Below are positions 13,321 to 27,500 of a stretch of DNA of 64,000 bases, piece after piece; position 1 is the first letter of the stretch, and every line of letters begins with the position of its first letter. Source of the stretch: Camelus dromedarius (lineage: Eukaryota). The position numbers were made by a program, and so were the translations under genes. The notes below the pieces were generated by a model. The model worked only from the letters and a program-made list of their open reading frames with translations. It was not told the origin of the DNA and ran no database searches. The stretch lies in NCBI RefSeq assembly GCF_036321535.1, contig NC_087436.1, positions 26,042,001 to 26,106,000 of the forward strand. Reading direction: 5' to 3'.

Positions 13321-13918
13321 TGTGTTAGACTGAATAATACCGATCCACCAAAGATATCCATATCCTAATCCCTGAAACTTGTTAATGTGTTACTCATTTC
13401 AAAAGGTCCTCTGTAGATGTAATGAAGTTGATGGAATTTGAGATGGGTTGATTTTAGACCCTGCCCAATCACAGGAGCCCTTAAAAGTCAGGTTCCTTTC
13501 CCTGCTGAAGTTTAGAGAAGATGATGCAGAATAGGAGGCAGAGGAGATAGAAAATTGTGAGAAGTATTCTACCCACCATTGCTAGTTTTGAGATGTAGGG
13601 ACTCATTTACAAGTACAGGGAAGGAGGCCCCTAGGAGCTAAGACTTGTCTCCGGTGACAGCCAGCAAGGAAATAGGACCTCAGCTGCAAGGTTGAATTCT
13701 GCCAACAACTTGAATGAGTTTGAAACAGATTCTCCCCTAGGGCCTCCAGAGAAGAACATAGCTCTGCTGAAATCTTGATTTTGGCCTTGTGAGACATGAG
13801 CAGACAAACTAGCCAAGTACACTAGACTTCTGACCTACCAAACTGTGAGAAATAAATTATTTTGTTTTAAGCGACAAAATATTTGGTAGTTAGGTACAAT
13901 ACCAATAGAAAACTAGTA
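13321..13918 (+). mobile_element. MaLR solo LTR (MLT1D/E-like)
   Basis: Starts 'tgtgttagactgaataat...aaagatatccatatcctaatccctgaaac'; contains 'ttctgccaacaacttgaatgagtttgaaacagattctcccctag'; ends 'caatagaaaactagta'. Confidence 0.85.
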
Positions 13919-14074
13919 TGTTTCTTCAGCTTTTCTTATGTGAATTTCTTATAGCAAAATGTATTTTCTACTGGCTGAAATTTTAAGCATGGATTGGTGC
14001 TTATTCTTATCTTGGATTACTTGCTATAAAATGCCCTCTTAAGCTATTCCTATAACATAGTTTCATAAGGGTTG

Positions 14075-14280
14075 ACAGGTAGTATAATGGAATAGAAATA
14101 AAAGTTTTAAAGCTTTTAATAACTATTAAACAATTTAGCTCTATTGATTATAGTGCAAAAATTTCTAATCTTCATCTTCCTCATTTGTCATTTCGTGATA
14201 ATGACATCTGCACAAAATTGACAAAATCTATGTAAAAGTAGTATAACACATAACTTGAAACACATGTGCCTAATAGTCAA
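14075..14280 (+). mobile_element. MIR SINE
   Basis: 'cttcatcttcctcatttgtcatttcgtgataatgacatct' plus 'tatgtaaaagta...aacacataacttg'. Confidence 0.6.
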
Positions 14281-14869
14281 TTTCCTAGTCTGCCTTTCAT
14301 GGACAGCATTATCTGCCCTACTACTCTATATAACTCTTGGTGACTTCTTTATATTGAGAGAACCTATTTATGTACTTACTTATTTTACGTTTGTGATTTA
14401 TTTCCTTCTAATAATAGAGGTGATCTTTGTTTAAATTAAAACTTAAACAAATCACATTGCCATTGTTTGCTTTCTTCTGGATTTATAATAAGCTAGGAAT
14501 TGGAATTTTGTTTTGGTAGAAATAAAGTTAACAGTGGTTCACTGAACAGAAGTAATGTCTAACATAGCTCCCAGTGATTTCCTTGGGCAGTAACGTATGA
14601 TTCTGGGGAATCTAGACTGATGGGTAGAAAGGGAGAAATGAGAAAAGATGATGCCATAATAGCCTTTATTTACTTAGTGATTTTTTCCCCTAGGATAACC
14701 CTCTCTAAAACCAGAGATTAATTGTATACTTTCTATACTTATCTTATTTTATTAATAAATCAAGTAGAACTTGTAATGATTTAAGGTCTTTAGAAATTTG
14801 AGAATGATATATATTTCATCTTCATGTTTTTTTCTTCTAGATTATATGATTATATTGTCTTCCAGATTT

Positions 14870-14952
14870 TTTCATTTTATTTTAATTGATAACGTTATTG
14901 AAGTGTAGTTGATTTACAGTGTTGTGTTAATTTCTGGTGTACAGCATAGTGA

Positions 14953-15005
<53 letters not shown>

Positions 15006-15120
15006 CTTTTCATGTTCTTTTTCATTATAGGCCATTACAAGGTATTGAATATAGTTCCCTGTGCTATACAATATGATCCTGTTGTTTATCTGTTTTATAT
15101 ATAGTAGTTAGTATCTGTAA
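14870..15120 (-). mobile_element. Short L1 3' end (cetartiodactyl/camelid type)
   Basis: 'attgaagtgtagttgatttacagtgttgtgttaatttctggtgtacagcatagtgattc...gaatatagttccctgtgctataca'. Confidence 0.9.
14957..15002. repeat. (TA)n microsatellite within the L1 3' UTR
   Basis: Perfect TA run of about 23 units. Confidence 0.97.
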
Positions 15121-15559
15121 AATTTGAATGAAGTAATATTTTAATATTCCTCTATTCATGTATTTATAGTGCCTATAATATAATACCTAGAATATAACTG
15201 GAAATCAGTGCAAGGTTTTATTATCTAATGATGATAAATTCATAAATAAATTTATTATTTAGTCTAAACAGAGCAGAAAATAGAAAAGGAAACATTTCTA
15301 CTTTTATTAAGGAAAATGCAGGCAATTATTTTCATCTAATGTTATATAAGCAGCTTAAGTACACAGATTTCATATTTGGAAGTAGTGGTTTCAATATTTT
15401 TTGTTTCGTTTTCATTTTGCTTTTATTTTCTTGTTGTTCAATCCAGCAGTGATTATATTCAATTTTACTCTGTGCTATGGGAAATAGAAGAGAAATGTAG
15501 AATATTTTTTATGTCCACAATAGAATCTAACACACGCTTCAAGAACTGTCCTAAGTAGG

Positions 15560-16295
15560 TCTAGTGCTCCAAATGTTGCAGCTACAGGATGGTCAAGCCT
15601 CCTTCAGTCTTAGCCTGTGAGTATCTGAAGCCGAGATTTTACCTAAGCCACATGTTATATACAGCACCACAAGAAATAAACTTACTGTTGTTTTTATTGT
15701 TAAGCCAGTGGATTTGGAGGTTGTTTACAATCACAGCATAATTTAGCCTTCTCTGACTAATACGGACTTTGGTACATAGATTATGGCCCTACCCTAACAG
15801 ATACCTTCACATGTGACATCATTTTAGTAGTTGGGTAGTGGTGGCTGGGAAAATAGTATGGTACACAATAGCAAAACATTTGATAAAACTGTTCAGACTT
15901 AACTTGGGAAGCAGACTATGTAACAAATAGATATTAGTGGTATATGTTAGATGCTTTTGGCTGCTTTTGTCAATGTTTTATATGAAAAAGATGAACTTGG
16001 AAAAGAATTGCCTGGAATAAAAGAGTAGAATGAGAAAGAGAAGACTTTGAAGGGCTGGAAAGGGCAACTGCTTCAGGACTTTAAATAATAGGACATAAAT
16101 TTGAGAAGGTAGTTGTGAGATGAAAGCCAATTAATCCTAGCCTGGCAGCAAGGATCAAATCAAGTTTATGGTTATCACACAGTGTTAAAATCTCCTTGGG
16201 GATTAATGTAGTGCTGGGTAAATCCTTTCAGTTTATAAATGGTCACCTAGTTTTCCAACATTCCATATAGTCCCACTTTACTCAGTTGTGCCTGT
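15560..16295 (+). mobile_element. Old MLT1 LTR 3' half plus MLT1 internal sequence
   Basis: LTR end 'gttaagccagtggatttggaggttgttt...cacagcataatttagccttctctgactaatac' is followed by the MaLR internal start 'gactttggtac'. Confidence 0.7.
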
Positions 16296-16301
16296 TGGGA
16301 C

Positions 16302-16672
16302 TGATATGGACTGAATGTTTGAGTCCCACCAAAATGCATATGTTGAAGCTCTAATCTCAGTGTGATGGTATAAGGTGATGGGGCCTTTGGGAGATAATCA
16401 GGTTGAGATGAGTTCTTGAGTTTGGGGCCCTCATAATGAGATTAGTGCTTTAATTAAAAAGAGATCAGAGAGCTCCCTATCTCTGCCATGTGCAGACTCA
16501 TTGAGAAGATGGTCATCTGAGAGACAGGGAGAGAATTCTCATCAGAATCAGACCATGCTGGCACCCTAATCTTAGACTTCCTACTTCTAGAACTGCAAAA
16601 AATAAATTTCTGTTGTTTTTTAAGGCACCCAGTGTGTAATATTTTGTTACAGCAGCCCAAACAGGCTAAGAC
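16302..16672 (+). mobile_element. MaLR solo LTR (MLT1A/MSTD-like)
   Basis: 'tgatatggactgaatgtttgagtccc...catatgttgaagctctaatc' through 'cagcagcccaaacaggctaagaca'. Confidence 0.9.
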
Positions 16673-16774
16673 AGGCCATTACACAGATTTTCTTTATCAT
16701 CACCAGAAAATATGTGTCCAGTCTTACACTGTCAATATAATATATTCTGAAAATCTGACTGTCTCTTACATAGT

Positions 16775-17060
16775 CTGTAGTTTTCTAGGGTTGCCTAAGT
16801 AAGACACAAACTGGGTGGCCTAAACAATAGAAATATGTTGTCTCAGAGTTCTGGAGACTAGTAGTCCAAGATCAAAGTGTCAACAAAGTTGTTTCCTTGT
16901 GTGGGATGTAGGACAGAGTCTGTTCCATGCCTCTCATCTAACTTCTCGTGGTTTGCTGACAGTCTTTGGCATTCCTTGGCTTGTAGAAGCACCACTGCAG
17001 TCTCTGCCTTCATCTTCAGATACTATTCTTGAGTTCATGTCTGTGTGTCCAAACATTTAT
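16775..17060 (-). mobile_element. MaLR LTR (MLT1C-like), truncated by L1
   Basis: 'cacaaactgggtggcctaaacaatagaaat...gttctggagactagtagtccaagatcaaagtgtc...ggcattccttggcttgtag'. Confidence 0.85.
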
Positions 17061-17089
17061 CTGTGTGCTACCTATGTGTGTATGATTAA

Positions 17090-17700
17090 ACCTTTTTATT
17101 TTGAAAAGTTGAAAAAATAGTTCAGAGAGCTCCTATGTAATTTTCAATCAACTTCCCCAGTGGCAAAAAATCTTATATAACCTTAGCACAATTATCACAA
17201 CCAAGAAATTGACATTGGGTCAATGCTATCAACTAAACACTTTATTCAGATTCACTAACTTGTATTTATTCACTAACTTTAATATTCACCCTTTTTTGGT
17301 GTAATACTGTCAAATTGTATCATGTTTAGATTTTTATAACCAACATCATACCCAGTGTATAGAACTGTCCCACCTCATCAATGACACTCTGTCATACTTC
17401 CCCTGTATAATCATATCCTACCCCAGTAATCGTTGATCTGTTCTCTATATTATAATCTTGTCATTTTGAGAATACTGTATGAAAGAATTTTAACATATAT
17501 CACATGTTGAGACTGGCTTTTCATTCAGTGCAAGGCCATTGATATCTATCCAACTTGTTTAATATACTAGTAGTTGTTTTTTTTTTAATTGCTGAGTAAT
17601 ATTTCATTGTATGGATGAACCACAGTTTACATTTAGACTTATGATCCATTTGAGTTAATTGATTTTACTCATCTTTCTGTTTTCAATTTCATTGATTTCT
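17090..17700 (-). mobile_element. Old L1MC/MD-type 3' fragment
   Basis: 'gaaaagttgaaaaaatagt...acaattatcacaaccaagaaattgacattgg' and 'attgctgagtaatatttcattgtatggatgaaccacagttt'. Confidence 0.75.
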
Positions 17701-20700
17701 TTTCTCTTTTAAAAAATTTCTTGAAATATAGTTGATTTACAATGTTATGTTAGTTTCTGGTGTACAGCAAAGTGATTCAGTTATATATCTATATATCTCT
17801 ATATGTTCTCTCTCCCTATGGTTTATTACAAGATATTGAATATAGTTCCCCATGCTTTATAGTAGGACTTGTTGTTTGTCTGTTTTATATATGGTAGTCT
17901 CTACCTGCTAATCCTAAACTCCTAATTTATCCTTCCTCTCCCTTTCCAGTTTGATAACCATAAGTTTGTTTTCTATGTCTGTGAATCTATTTCTGGTTTT
18001 TAAATAAGTTCATTTGTATCATTATTTTAGATTCCACACATAGGTGATATCATATGATATTTGTCTTTCTCTGTTTGACTTACTTCACTTAGTATGATAA
18101 TTTCTAGGTTTTTGCAAATGGCATTATTTCATTCTTTTTATGGCTGAGTAGTATTCCTTTATATACATATAACACAACTTCTTTATCCAGTCATCTATAG
18201 ATGGACATTTAGGTTTCTTCCATGTCTTGGCTATTAAAATAATGTACTATGAATATTAGAGATGCTTGTATCTTTTGAAATTACAGTTTTCTCTGGATAT
18301 ATGCCTAGGAGTGGGATTACTGGATCATATGGTAACTCTATTTTTAGTTTTTTGAGGAACTTTCATATTGTTTTCCATAATGGCTGCCAATTTACAACAA
18401 TTAACATTTACACCAACAGTGTAGGAGGGCTCCATTTTTTCCACACTCCAGCATTTATTATTTGTAGATGTTTTATTGGTGGCCATTTTGACCAGTGTGA
18501 GGTCACTGTAGTTTTGATTTGCATGTCTCTAATAATTAAAGATATTGATCATCTTCTCATGGCCTGTTGGCCATCTATATTTCTTCTTTGGAGAAATGTC
18601 TGTTTAGGTCTTCTGTCCATTTATTGATTGGGTTTTTGTTTGTTGGTTTTGTTTGTTGAGTTTATGAGCTGTTTGTATATTTTGGTAATTAAGCCTGTCA
18701 GTCACATCATTTACAAATATTTTCTCCTAGTCCCTAGATTGTCTTTTTGTATTGTTTATGATCTGCTTTGCTCTGCAAAAGCTTATAAGTTCAATTACGT
18801 CCCATTTGTTTATTTTTGCTTTTATTTCTATTGCTTTGGGATAGTGACCTAAGAAAAAACATTGCTACGATCAATGTCAGATGTTTTGCCTATGTTCTCT
18901 TCTAGGAGTTTTATGGTGTCATGTTTTATATATAAGTCTTTAAGCCATTTTGACTTTATTTTTGTGTATGGTGTCAGGGAGTGTTCTAACTTCACTGATT
19001 TGCATGCAGCTGTCCAGTTTTCCCAACACCACTTGCTGAAGAGGCTGTCTTTTCTCCATTGTATATTCTTACCTCCATTGTCAAAGATTAATAGACTGTA
19101 AGTCTGGGGGTTTTATTTCTGGGCTCTCTATTCTGTTCCATTGATCCATATGTCTCTTTTTGTGCCAATACCATGCTATTTTACTGTAGCTCTAGTATTG
19201 TTTGAAATCTGGGAGGGTTATACCTCCAGCTTTGTTCTTTTCCCCTCAGGATTGTTTCGACAATTCTAGGTATTTTATGGTTCAATATACATTTTAGGAT
19301 TATTTGTTCTATTTCTGTAAAATGTAAAAAATGTCATGGGTTATTTCATAGGGATCACATTAAATCTGTAGATCACTTGAGGTAGTATGGCCTTTTTAAC
19401 AATGTTAATTCTTCCAGTATAAGAGCTTGAGATATCTTTCCATTTCTTTGAATCATTTTCAATTTCTTTAATCAATGTTTTATAGTTCTCAGCCTGTAAG
19501 TCTTTCACCACCTTGGTCAGGTTTATTCCTAAGTATTTTTTGATGTAATTTTAAAATGTATTTTTTTTTACTTTCCCTTTCTGATATTTTATTGCTAGTG
19601 TAAAGAAATGCAGCAGATTTCTGTATGTAACTCTTATATCCTGCTACCTTGTTGAGTATATTTATCAGTTGTAGTAGTCTTTGTGTGGAATCATTTTATA
19701 TACATAAAATCATGTCATCTCTATATTATGTATCTATTTATAGTATGTCATCTGCATATAATATATAGTATCTATATATCCATATAGTATGTTATCTGTA
19801 TATAATGACGTTTTTACCACTTAACTTCCAATTTGGATCCCTTTTATTTCTTTTTCTTATCTGACTGCTGTTACTAGGATTTCTAATACTGTGTTGAAAA
19901 GAAGTGGTGAGAATGAGCCTCCTTCTCTTCTTCCAGATTTTAGCAGAAAGACTTTCAGCTTTTCACTTTTGAGTTATGTTGGCTGTGGGTTTGTCATGAA
20001 TAGCTATTATGCTGAGATATGTTCCCTCTGTATAAACATTGGTAAGACTTTTTATCATGAATAGATGTTGAATTTTGTTAAATGCTTTTCTGCATCTATT
20101 GAGATGATCATGTAGTTTTTGTCTTTTCTTTTATTGATGTGGTGTATCACATTGATTGATTTCTGTATGTTGAACCATCTTTGTGTCTCTGGGATGAATA
20201 CAACTTGAGAGTAATGTGTGATCTTTTTATGTGTTGTTGGATTTGGCTTATTAATATTTTGTTGAGAATTTTGCATCAATATTCATCAAAGATATTGGCC
20301 TGTAAGTTTCATTTTTGGTAGTGTCTTTGTCTTGTTTTGCTATCAGGATGATGGTGGCTTCATAGAATGATTTTGGGAGTCTTCCCTTCTCTTCAATCTG
20401 TTTGGAAAGTTTGAGAAGAATTGGTACAAGTTCTTCTTTGTATGTTTGGTAGAATTCCCTGTGAGGCCATCTGGTCCTTTACTTACTTTTGAGTTTTTTG
20501 TTTGTTTGATTATAGATTCTATTTCTCATCTAGTAATTGGTCTTTTCAAATTATTGATGTCTTCTTGATTCAGTTTTGGTGGACTGTATGTTTCTAGAAA
20601 GTTGTTCATTTCTTCTATGTTGTCCAATTTGTTGGCATAAATTGTTGATTGTATTCTCTTAAGTTTTTTTGTATGCCTGCAGTATTGGTTGTTATTTCTC

Positions 20701-23700
20701 CTCTTTTATTTCTTATTTCGTTTATTTAGATCCTTTCTCTTTTCGTCTTGGTGAGCCAGGTTGGAGGTTTGTCAATTTTCTTTACCCTTTCAAAAAACCA
20801 GCTCTTGATTTTATTGTTTATTTTTCTATTTTTAATCTTTATTTTATATATTTCCTCTTTTATCTCTATTATTTCCTTCCTTCTCCTGACTTTAAGTTTT
20901 GTTTGTTCTTCTTTTACTAATTTTTTTTTTTTTTTAGGTGGTAGGTTAAGTTGTTTACTTGGGATTTTTCTTGTTTTTTGAGGAAGGCCTGTATCATCAC
21001 AAATTTTCCTCTTAGAATTGCTTTTGCTGCATCCCATAGATTTTGTTTGATTGTATTTTCATTGTCATTTATCTCAAGGTATTTTTTAATTTCCTCTTTG
21101 ATTTCATTGTTGACCCATTGGATTTTTAGTAGCATGTTATTTAGTCCCCATGTAATCTTTTTTTTTTTTTTCTCATTTCTATGTCTGTGGCTTATTTCTA
21201 GTTCCACAACACTGTGGTCAAAAAAGATGCTTAGAATAATTTCTGTACTCTTAAATTTGTTCAGGCTAATTTTGTGTCCTAGTATGTGGTATATCCTTGA
21301 GAATGTTTCATGTGCATTTGAAAAGAATGTGTATTCTGGGGTTTTATTGTATGTTATGTTCTCAAAATATTAATTAACTGTAACTTTTCTATATTATGTC
21401 ATTTATGATCTCTGTTGCCTTATTGATTTTTCTGTCTGGAGGATCTGTCCATTGATGTCAGTGGGGTGTTTAAATATGTTACTATTGTGTTCCCATCAGT
21501 TTCTCCTTCTATGTCTGTTAGTATTTGTTTTATGTATTTTGATGCTCCAGTATTGGGTACATATGTGTTAATGAATATAATATCATTTTTAATATTGATT
21601 CTTTTATCATTATATAGTATCCTTCTTTATCTTTCTTTAGAGTTTGTTTTAAAGTCAATTTTGTCTGATATGAGTATTGCTACTCCTCATTTCTTGTCAT
21701 TTCCATTTGCATAAAGTCTCTTCCATCCCATTGTTTTCAATTTATGTGTGTTCTTTGCCCTAAAGTGGGTATCTTTCAGGCAGCATATTGTAGGCTCTTA
21801 TTTTATTATCCAATCTGCCATTCTGTGTCTTTTGATTGGAGTGTTTAGTCCATTGACATTTAAGGTAATTATTGATAGATATGTATTTATTTCCATTTTA
21901 AACCTTGTTTCCCAGTTGATTTTGTATTTGTTCTTTGCTTCTTTCTTTTTCTTTTACTTTTTCCTTTTGTGGTTTGATGGTTTTTCTTTTGTATTATGCC
22001 TGTTTTCTCTTCTTTTTCGTTTCTGTGAATTTATTGCATTTTTTGTTTGGTGGTTACCCTATTTTTCAGATATGTTAATCCATTACTATATCTACTTGCT
22101 TTAGACTGGTAGTCATAGAGGCTTAAACACATTCTAAAAAGAGTCTACGTTTTCTTACTGCCCTTCCCTAGATTTTATGAATTGGTGTCCTCTTTTACAT
22201 TTTCATGTTTATTCTTATGCTGTTCCATGTACTTACTGCAATTCCCGTTGTGATTTTTTTCTTTTCTATAGGTTCTTACTTCTTTTCTGTTTGGAAAAGA
22301 CATTTTAATATTTCTTTTAGGGTAGATTTAGTATCGGTGTATTCTTTTAGTTTTGCTTGTCTGAGAAATTCTTTATTTCTGCTTCTATTCTATATGATAA
22401 TCTTGCTGTGGGTAGAGTATCCTAGGTTGCAGATTTTTCCATTGCAGGATTTTGAATATTATCTTGCCACTCGCTTCTGGCCTTTAGTATTTCTGTTGAG
22501 AAATCGGATGATAGCCTTATGAGGCTTCCCTTGTAGTTAAGTCTTTGTTTTCCTCTTTCTATCTTTAGAATCTTCTCTCTATTCTGCCATTTTAATTATA
22601 ATACGTCTTAGTTTAGGTCTGTTTGGGTTCTACTTGTTTAGTACCCTCTGTGCATCTTGTACCTGGATGTCTGTTCCCTTCTTTAGGTTTGGAAAGTTTA
22701 CAGCCATACCTCTTTCAGATACAGTTTCAATACCCTTTTCTCTTTCTTCTCCTTCTGAGATCCTTATTATGTGTAGATTGGTACACTTTATATTATCCCA
22801 TAGGTCTCATATATTGCTTTTTTTAAAATTTGTCTTCCTGTATGCTCTTCTGATTGTATGATTTCCATTATTCTATCTTCTAGATCATTTAATTGTTCTT
22901 ATGCATTATTTAGTTTATTTAGTTTGCTATTTATTGCCTTTAACCCAACTTTTCTTCTCAGCAATGTGTTTTCTAATTTTAATTACCTTTTCTTTATTGT
23001 TTCTAGTTCTTTTTTACAGTAATCTGTATTTCTATAATTAACCTTTAATTCTTTCAGCATTTATATTACCTCCTTTATGAACTTGGGTCCTAATGGACTG
23101 GAGAGATCTGTTTCATTGTTTGTTCTTTCAGGGGTATTCTCTTGTTCTTTTAGTTGAGAGAGATTTTTCTGCTTCTTTATTTTATTTATTTTTCTCTGAC
23201 TCTAGGAAGTTATGAGAAACAGTTATCTACCATGGCCTTAAAGGGCTATTTTTCTATAGGAGTATCCATGTGTAAGCTACATGAGTCTAATATTTTTGGT
23301 GCAAGAGCTGTTTTTATCATGGATGTCTGTCACATCTTTCCTCATGGTGTGCTTGCTGTTATCCCCTTGCTAGTGGATGTGATTGGTGCTGTGGTAACCA
23401 GAACCTGCACTGGATATAGAGTGGGGCATCCTCTTTTCTCTGTGGTTGTCACAGCACTGTCAGGGGCCAAGTCTATTCCCCAGTTGTTGAAGTAGAATCT
23501 CCCAGATCCATTTTTGAGCTGTAATGTGAGGAAGGCAGGACTAGAGTGGGCTCCTGTTAGGAGAGGAGGCACTGAGTATTGCTCTGCAAGAGCTGTCCAC
23601 CAGGAAGTACGCTCTGTGGTGTCATCTGTCACCCATTGTGCAGGCTTACAAACTGCACTGTTGTTGGCATTTCCCTTGGCCTGACTTCAACTGTGAGAAT

Positions 23701-23770
23701 GCAGACAATCAGCCAGATGTCCTTCAGCCCTATGTTCACAAAGCCATCAGCACAGATCCACTGATGCAGA
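17701..23770 (-). mobile_element. Near full-length LINE-1 (~6.1 kb), inactivated by stops and frameshifts
   Basis: 3' UTR at 17.7-18.1 kb. ORF2 begins near 21896 with the EN motif ITLNVNGLN and includes [37 protein letters not shown] and LYADD. ORF1 remnant at about 22.3-23.2 kb and a GC-richer 5' UTR to about 23770. Confidence 0.95.
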
Positions 23771-24539
23771 TTATTATGTTCCATATTTGATTAAATGTTT
23801 CACAGAGAATGATTGGCAAGTATACTTATATGGTAAATTTATTTTCAAAAATGCATTCCAAATAAGGAGAATAAAATAATATATGAGTGATATAGGCCTC
23901 TTTTCATTCTTAATCTCTATCTAGTATAATTTTGAGTTTTATTTACACAAGTAATTATTTGAAATTTAACTTGGGCAAAGATCATTTTTAATACTTGCAA
24001 TGTATTATCAAATTTAATATCATCAGAAGATAACTCAACAGTTGTACCTTTCAACAGAGAAATAGCATTACATTTCTTTCTTAATTTATACAACTGTATG
24101 ATTATCATAAAAAGTTCAACAAAGATTAATAAAGAATAGAATAAATATTTCAATACTGTCTCCAGACTTACTTTTTAATATTTGGTAGCTATCCTTTCAA
24201 AAATCCTTCCTTTATTATTTGTTTTTTTTTTCTCTTTTTTGTTTTCTTTCTCTTTTCTTCCTTTCTTCTTCCTTTCCTCACTTTTTATCTTTCTATCTGA
24301 ATATAGACATTTACATACACACCTGTAATTATCAGGTTGCTAAAATGAGACTCTCCTACCTCAATTTTGTGTCAATACTACAGATAACATATCCTAAATT
24401 TAGTATAAAACACATGCTGATTTTCCGTTTTGTGATTCTATCAGTTCCTGAGAGAGATGGCAAAGTCCCCCACTATAATTTGGAGCTATGTATATTTCTT
24501 CTTCCAGTTATATCAGTTTAGTGTTTCATCTATTTTGCT

Positions 24540-27500
24540 TTTTACTTTTCTCCTATTGAGGAATAATTGATATACAATATTATTATATTAGTTTCTGAGT
24601 ATAACACAGTGATTCAACATTCATATATGTTATGATATTATCACCATCTAGTTACTATCTATCACCAATTAAAGTTATTACATTATTTTGATTATATTCC
24701 CTACTTGGTATATTATATCCTCATGACTTATTTATCTTATAACTAGAAGTTTGTGTCTCTTAAGTCTTTCACCTACTTCAGCCACTCCTCTCTACTCCTC
24801 CCCCAGCAACTACCAGTTTGTTCTCTGTATCTTTTAATCTGTTTATATTTTGTTTCTTCATATGTTTTCATTGTATATTCTTGCCTCCTTTGATGTAGAA
24901 TAATTGGCTGTACAATCCTGGGATTATTTCTGGGCTCTATATTTTGTTTTATTAATCTGTGTGTCTGTTTTTGTGCCAACACCATACTGTTTTGATGACT
25001 GTAACTTTGTAATATAGTTTGAAAGCAAGGCACATAATGCATCTAGGTTGGTTCTTCTTTCTCAAGATTGCTTTGGCTGTTCAGGTTCTTTTGTGGTTCC
25101 ACATAACTTTTATGGTTATTTTTTTCAATTCTCTGAAAAATGCTGTCAGTATTTTGATAAAGATTGCACTGATCTGTATTGCTTTGGGTAGCATGGACAT
25201 TTTAGCAATATTAATTCTTCCAATCCATGAGCATGGTATATCTTTCCATACATTTTCATTGCTTTCAATTATTTTCATCAAAGTCTTATAGTTTTAAAGT
25301 ACAGATCTTTCACCTTCTTGGTTAAATTATTCCTAGGCATTTTATTCTTTTTGATGCAATTGTAGTTGAGATTGGGGTTGTTTTCTTCATTTCTCTTTCT
25401 AATAATTTGTTATTAATGTGTAGAAATGCAACAGGGTTTTGGTATTAATTTTGTATCCTAAAATTTTTCTGCATTTATTTTTTAGTTCTAATAGTTTTTG
25501 GTGTCATCTTGTGGTTTTTCATATATGATATCATACCTAACATCATCTGCAAATAGTTATATTTTTATGCCTTCCATTACAATTTAGATGCCTTTTTATC
25601 TTTTTCTTGTTTAATTGCTGTCAGGGACTTCCAGTGCTGTATTGAATAAAAGCAACAAGAGTAGGTGTCCTTGATGTGTTTCTGATCCTAGGGGAGTAGC
25701 TTTCAGCTTTTCATAATTGAATATGATGTTGGCTGTAGGTATGATGGGCTTTATTATGTTCAGATATGTTCCTCTATACCCAGTTTTGTTAAGAATTTTT
25801 ATCATAAATGGATGTTGAGTTGTGTCAAAATCTTTTTCTGCATCTAGTAAAATGATGATATGATTTTTATTCAATTTGTTACTGTGGTGTATCACATTGA
25901 CTGATTTGTGAATATTAAACCACCCATGAATCCCTGGGATAAATCCCACTTGATCGTGGTGTGTGATCTTTTTAATGTATTGTCAAATTTGGTTTGCTGG
26001 TATTTGCTGAGAATTTTTGCATCTATCTTCTTCAGTGATACTGTTTTGTAATTTTTTTGTGGTGTTCTTGTCTGATTTTGGTATCAGAGTAATGCTGACT
26101 TCCTAGACTAAGTTCAGAAGTGTTCCTTTCTCTTCAATTATTTTGGAATAGTTTGAGCAGGATAGGCATTCATCCTTCGTTACATGTTTTATAAAATCCA
26201 CCTGTGAAAGTGTCTGGTCCTGGACTTTTGTTGTTGGGAAGTTTTTAAATTGCTGATTCACTGTTATTACTGGTAATCAGTCAGTCTACTCATATTTTGT
26301 ATTGTTGAATCAGTCTGTAGATGAGTCTTGTATTTTTATGTATTCAGCGATTTTGTGTCTTTCGATTGAAGCAGTTAGTCCATTTACATTTAAAGTGACT
26401 ATTAATAAGTATTTACTTATTGCCATTTTGTTAATTGTTTTCAGATTTTTTTTAGTTCTCTTTGTCTTGCTTCCTCTCTTTTTTTCAGTTGTGATGTGAT
26501 GACTTTCTTTAGTGTTATGTTTGTATTTCTTCCTCTTTATTTTTTGTGTATCTGTTACAGATTTTTGGTTTGTCATTACCACAAGGTTTATGTATAGCAA
26601 TCCATGTATATTGCAGTCTGTTTTAAGTAGATCATTGCTTAAGTTTGAGTACATTTTAAAAGCACTACATTTTTAGTTCTCCTCTGTATGTTTTATGATT
26701 TGAACATCATATTTTACATCTTTTTATTTTTTGTATTGTTTAAGTAATTATTTCATATACAGATGAACTTAATACTTCTGTCTTTTAACCTTCAGTCTAG
26801 CTTTCCATGTGGTCAATCCATTATCTTTACTATATGTTTGCTTTGAGCAGTGAGATATTTTCTTTCACAATTTATTTGTTTCTAGTTATGGGCTTTTCTT
26901 TCCCATTTTAAAAAGACACTTTTACATTGCTTTATGTTTTTTAGTGGTGATGAACTCCTTTGCCTTTTGCTTGTCTGAGAAATTCTTTATTTCTCCTTCA
27001 ATTCTGAATGGTAACTTTCCTGGGTAGAGACATCTTGGTTGTTTTCTTTCTTTTTTATTTTTTTCCCCATTTCATCCTTTAAAGTTTTGACCTGTAAAGT
27101 TTCTGCTGAAAAACCACTGATAGTCTTACGGAGGATTCTCTTGTACATACTAATTGTTTTTCTCTTGCTACTTAAGATTCTCTGTCTTTTACTTTTTACA
27201 TTTAATCGTAATGTGTCTTGTGAGTCTCTTTGGGTTCATCTTGTTTGGTACTCTGTGCATCTTAGATTTAGATGTCTGTTTTCTTCAGGTTAGGGAAGTT
27301 TCTTCAAGTAAGTTTTCTGTCTCTTTCTCTCTTCTTCTTCTTCTTCTTCCTCTTCCTCTTCCCCTTCCTCTCCCCCTCCCCCTTCTCTTCCCTCTCCCCT
27401 CCTCCCCCCTCCTCCTCCCCCTCCTCCTCCTCCTCCTTCTTCATGTGAATATAGTACACTTGATGTTTTCCCAGGGATCCATTAAACTATTCTAATTTTA

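Noticed and set aside
17701..23770. Possibly active full-length L1
   Set aside because: ORF1 and ORF2 are broken into many short frames by stops and indels.
18262..27495. Cluster of hydrophobic plus-strand ORFs that look like membrane proteins
   Set aside because: They are antisense readings of A-rich L1 ORF2/ORF1; the Leu/Pro run comes from the pyrimidine tract.
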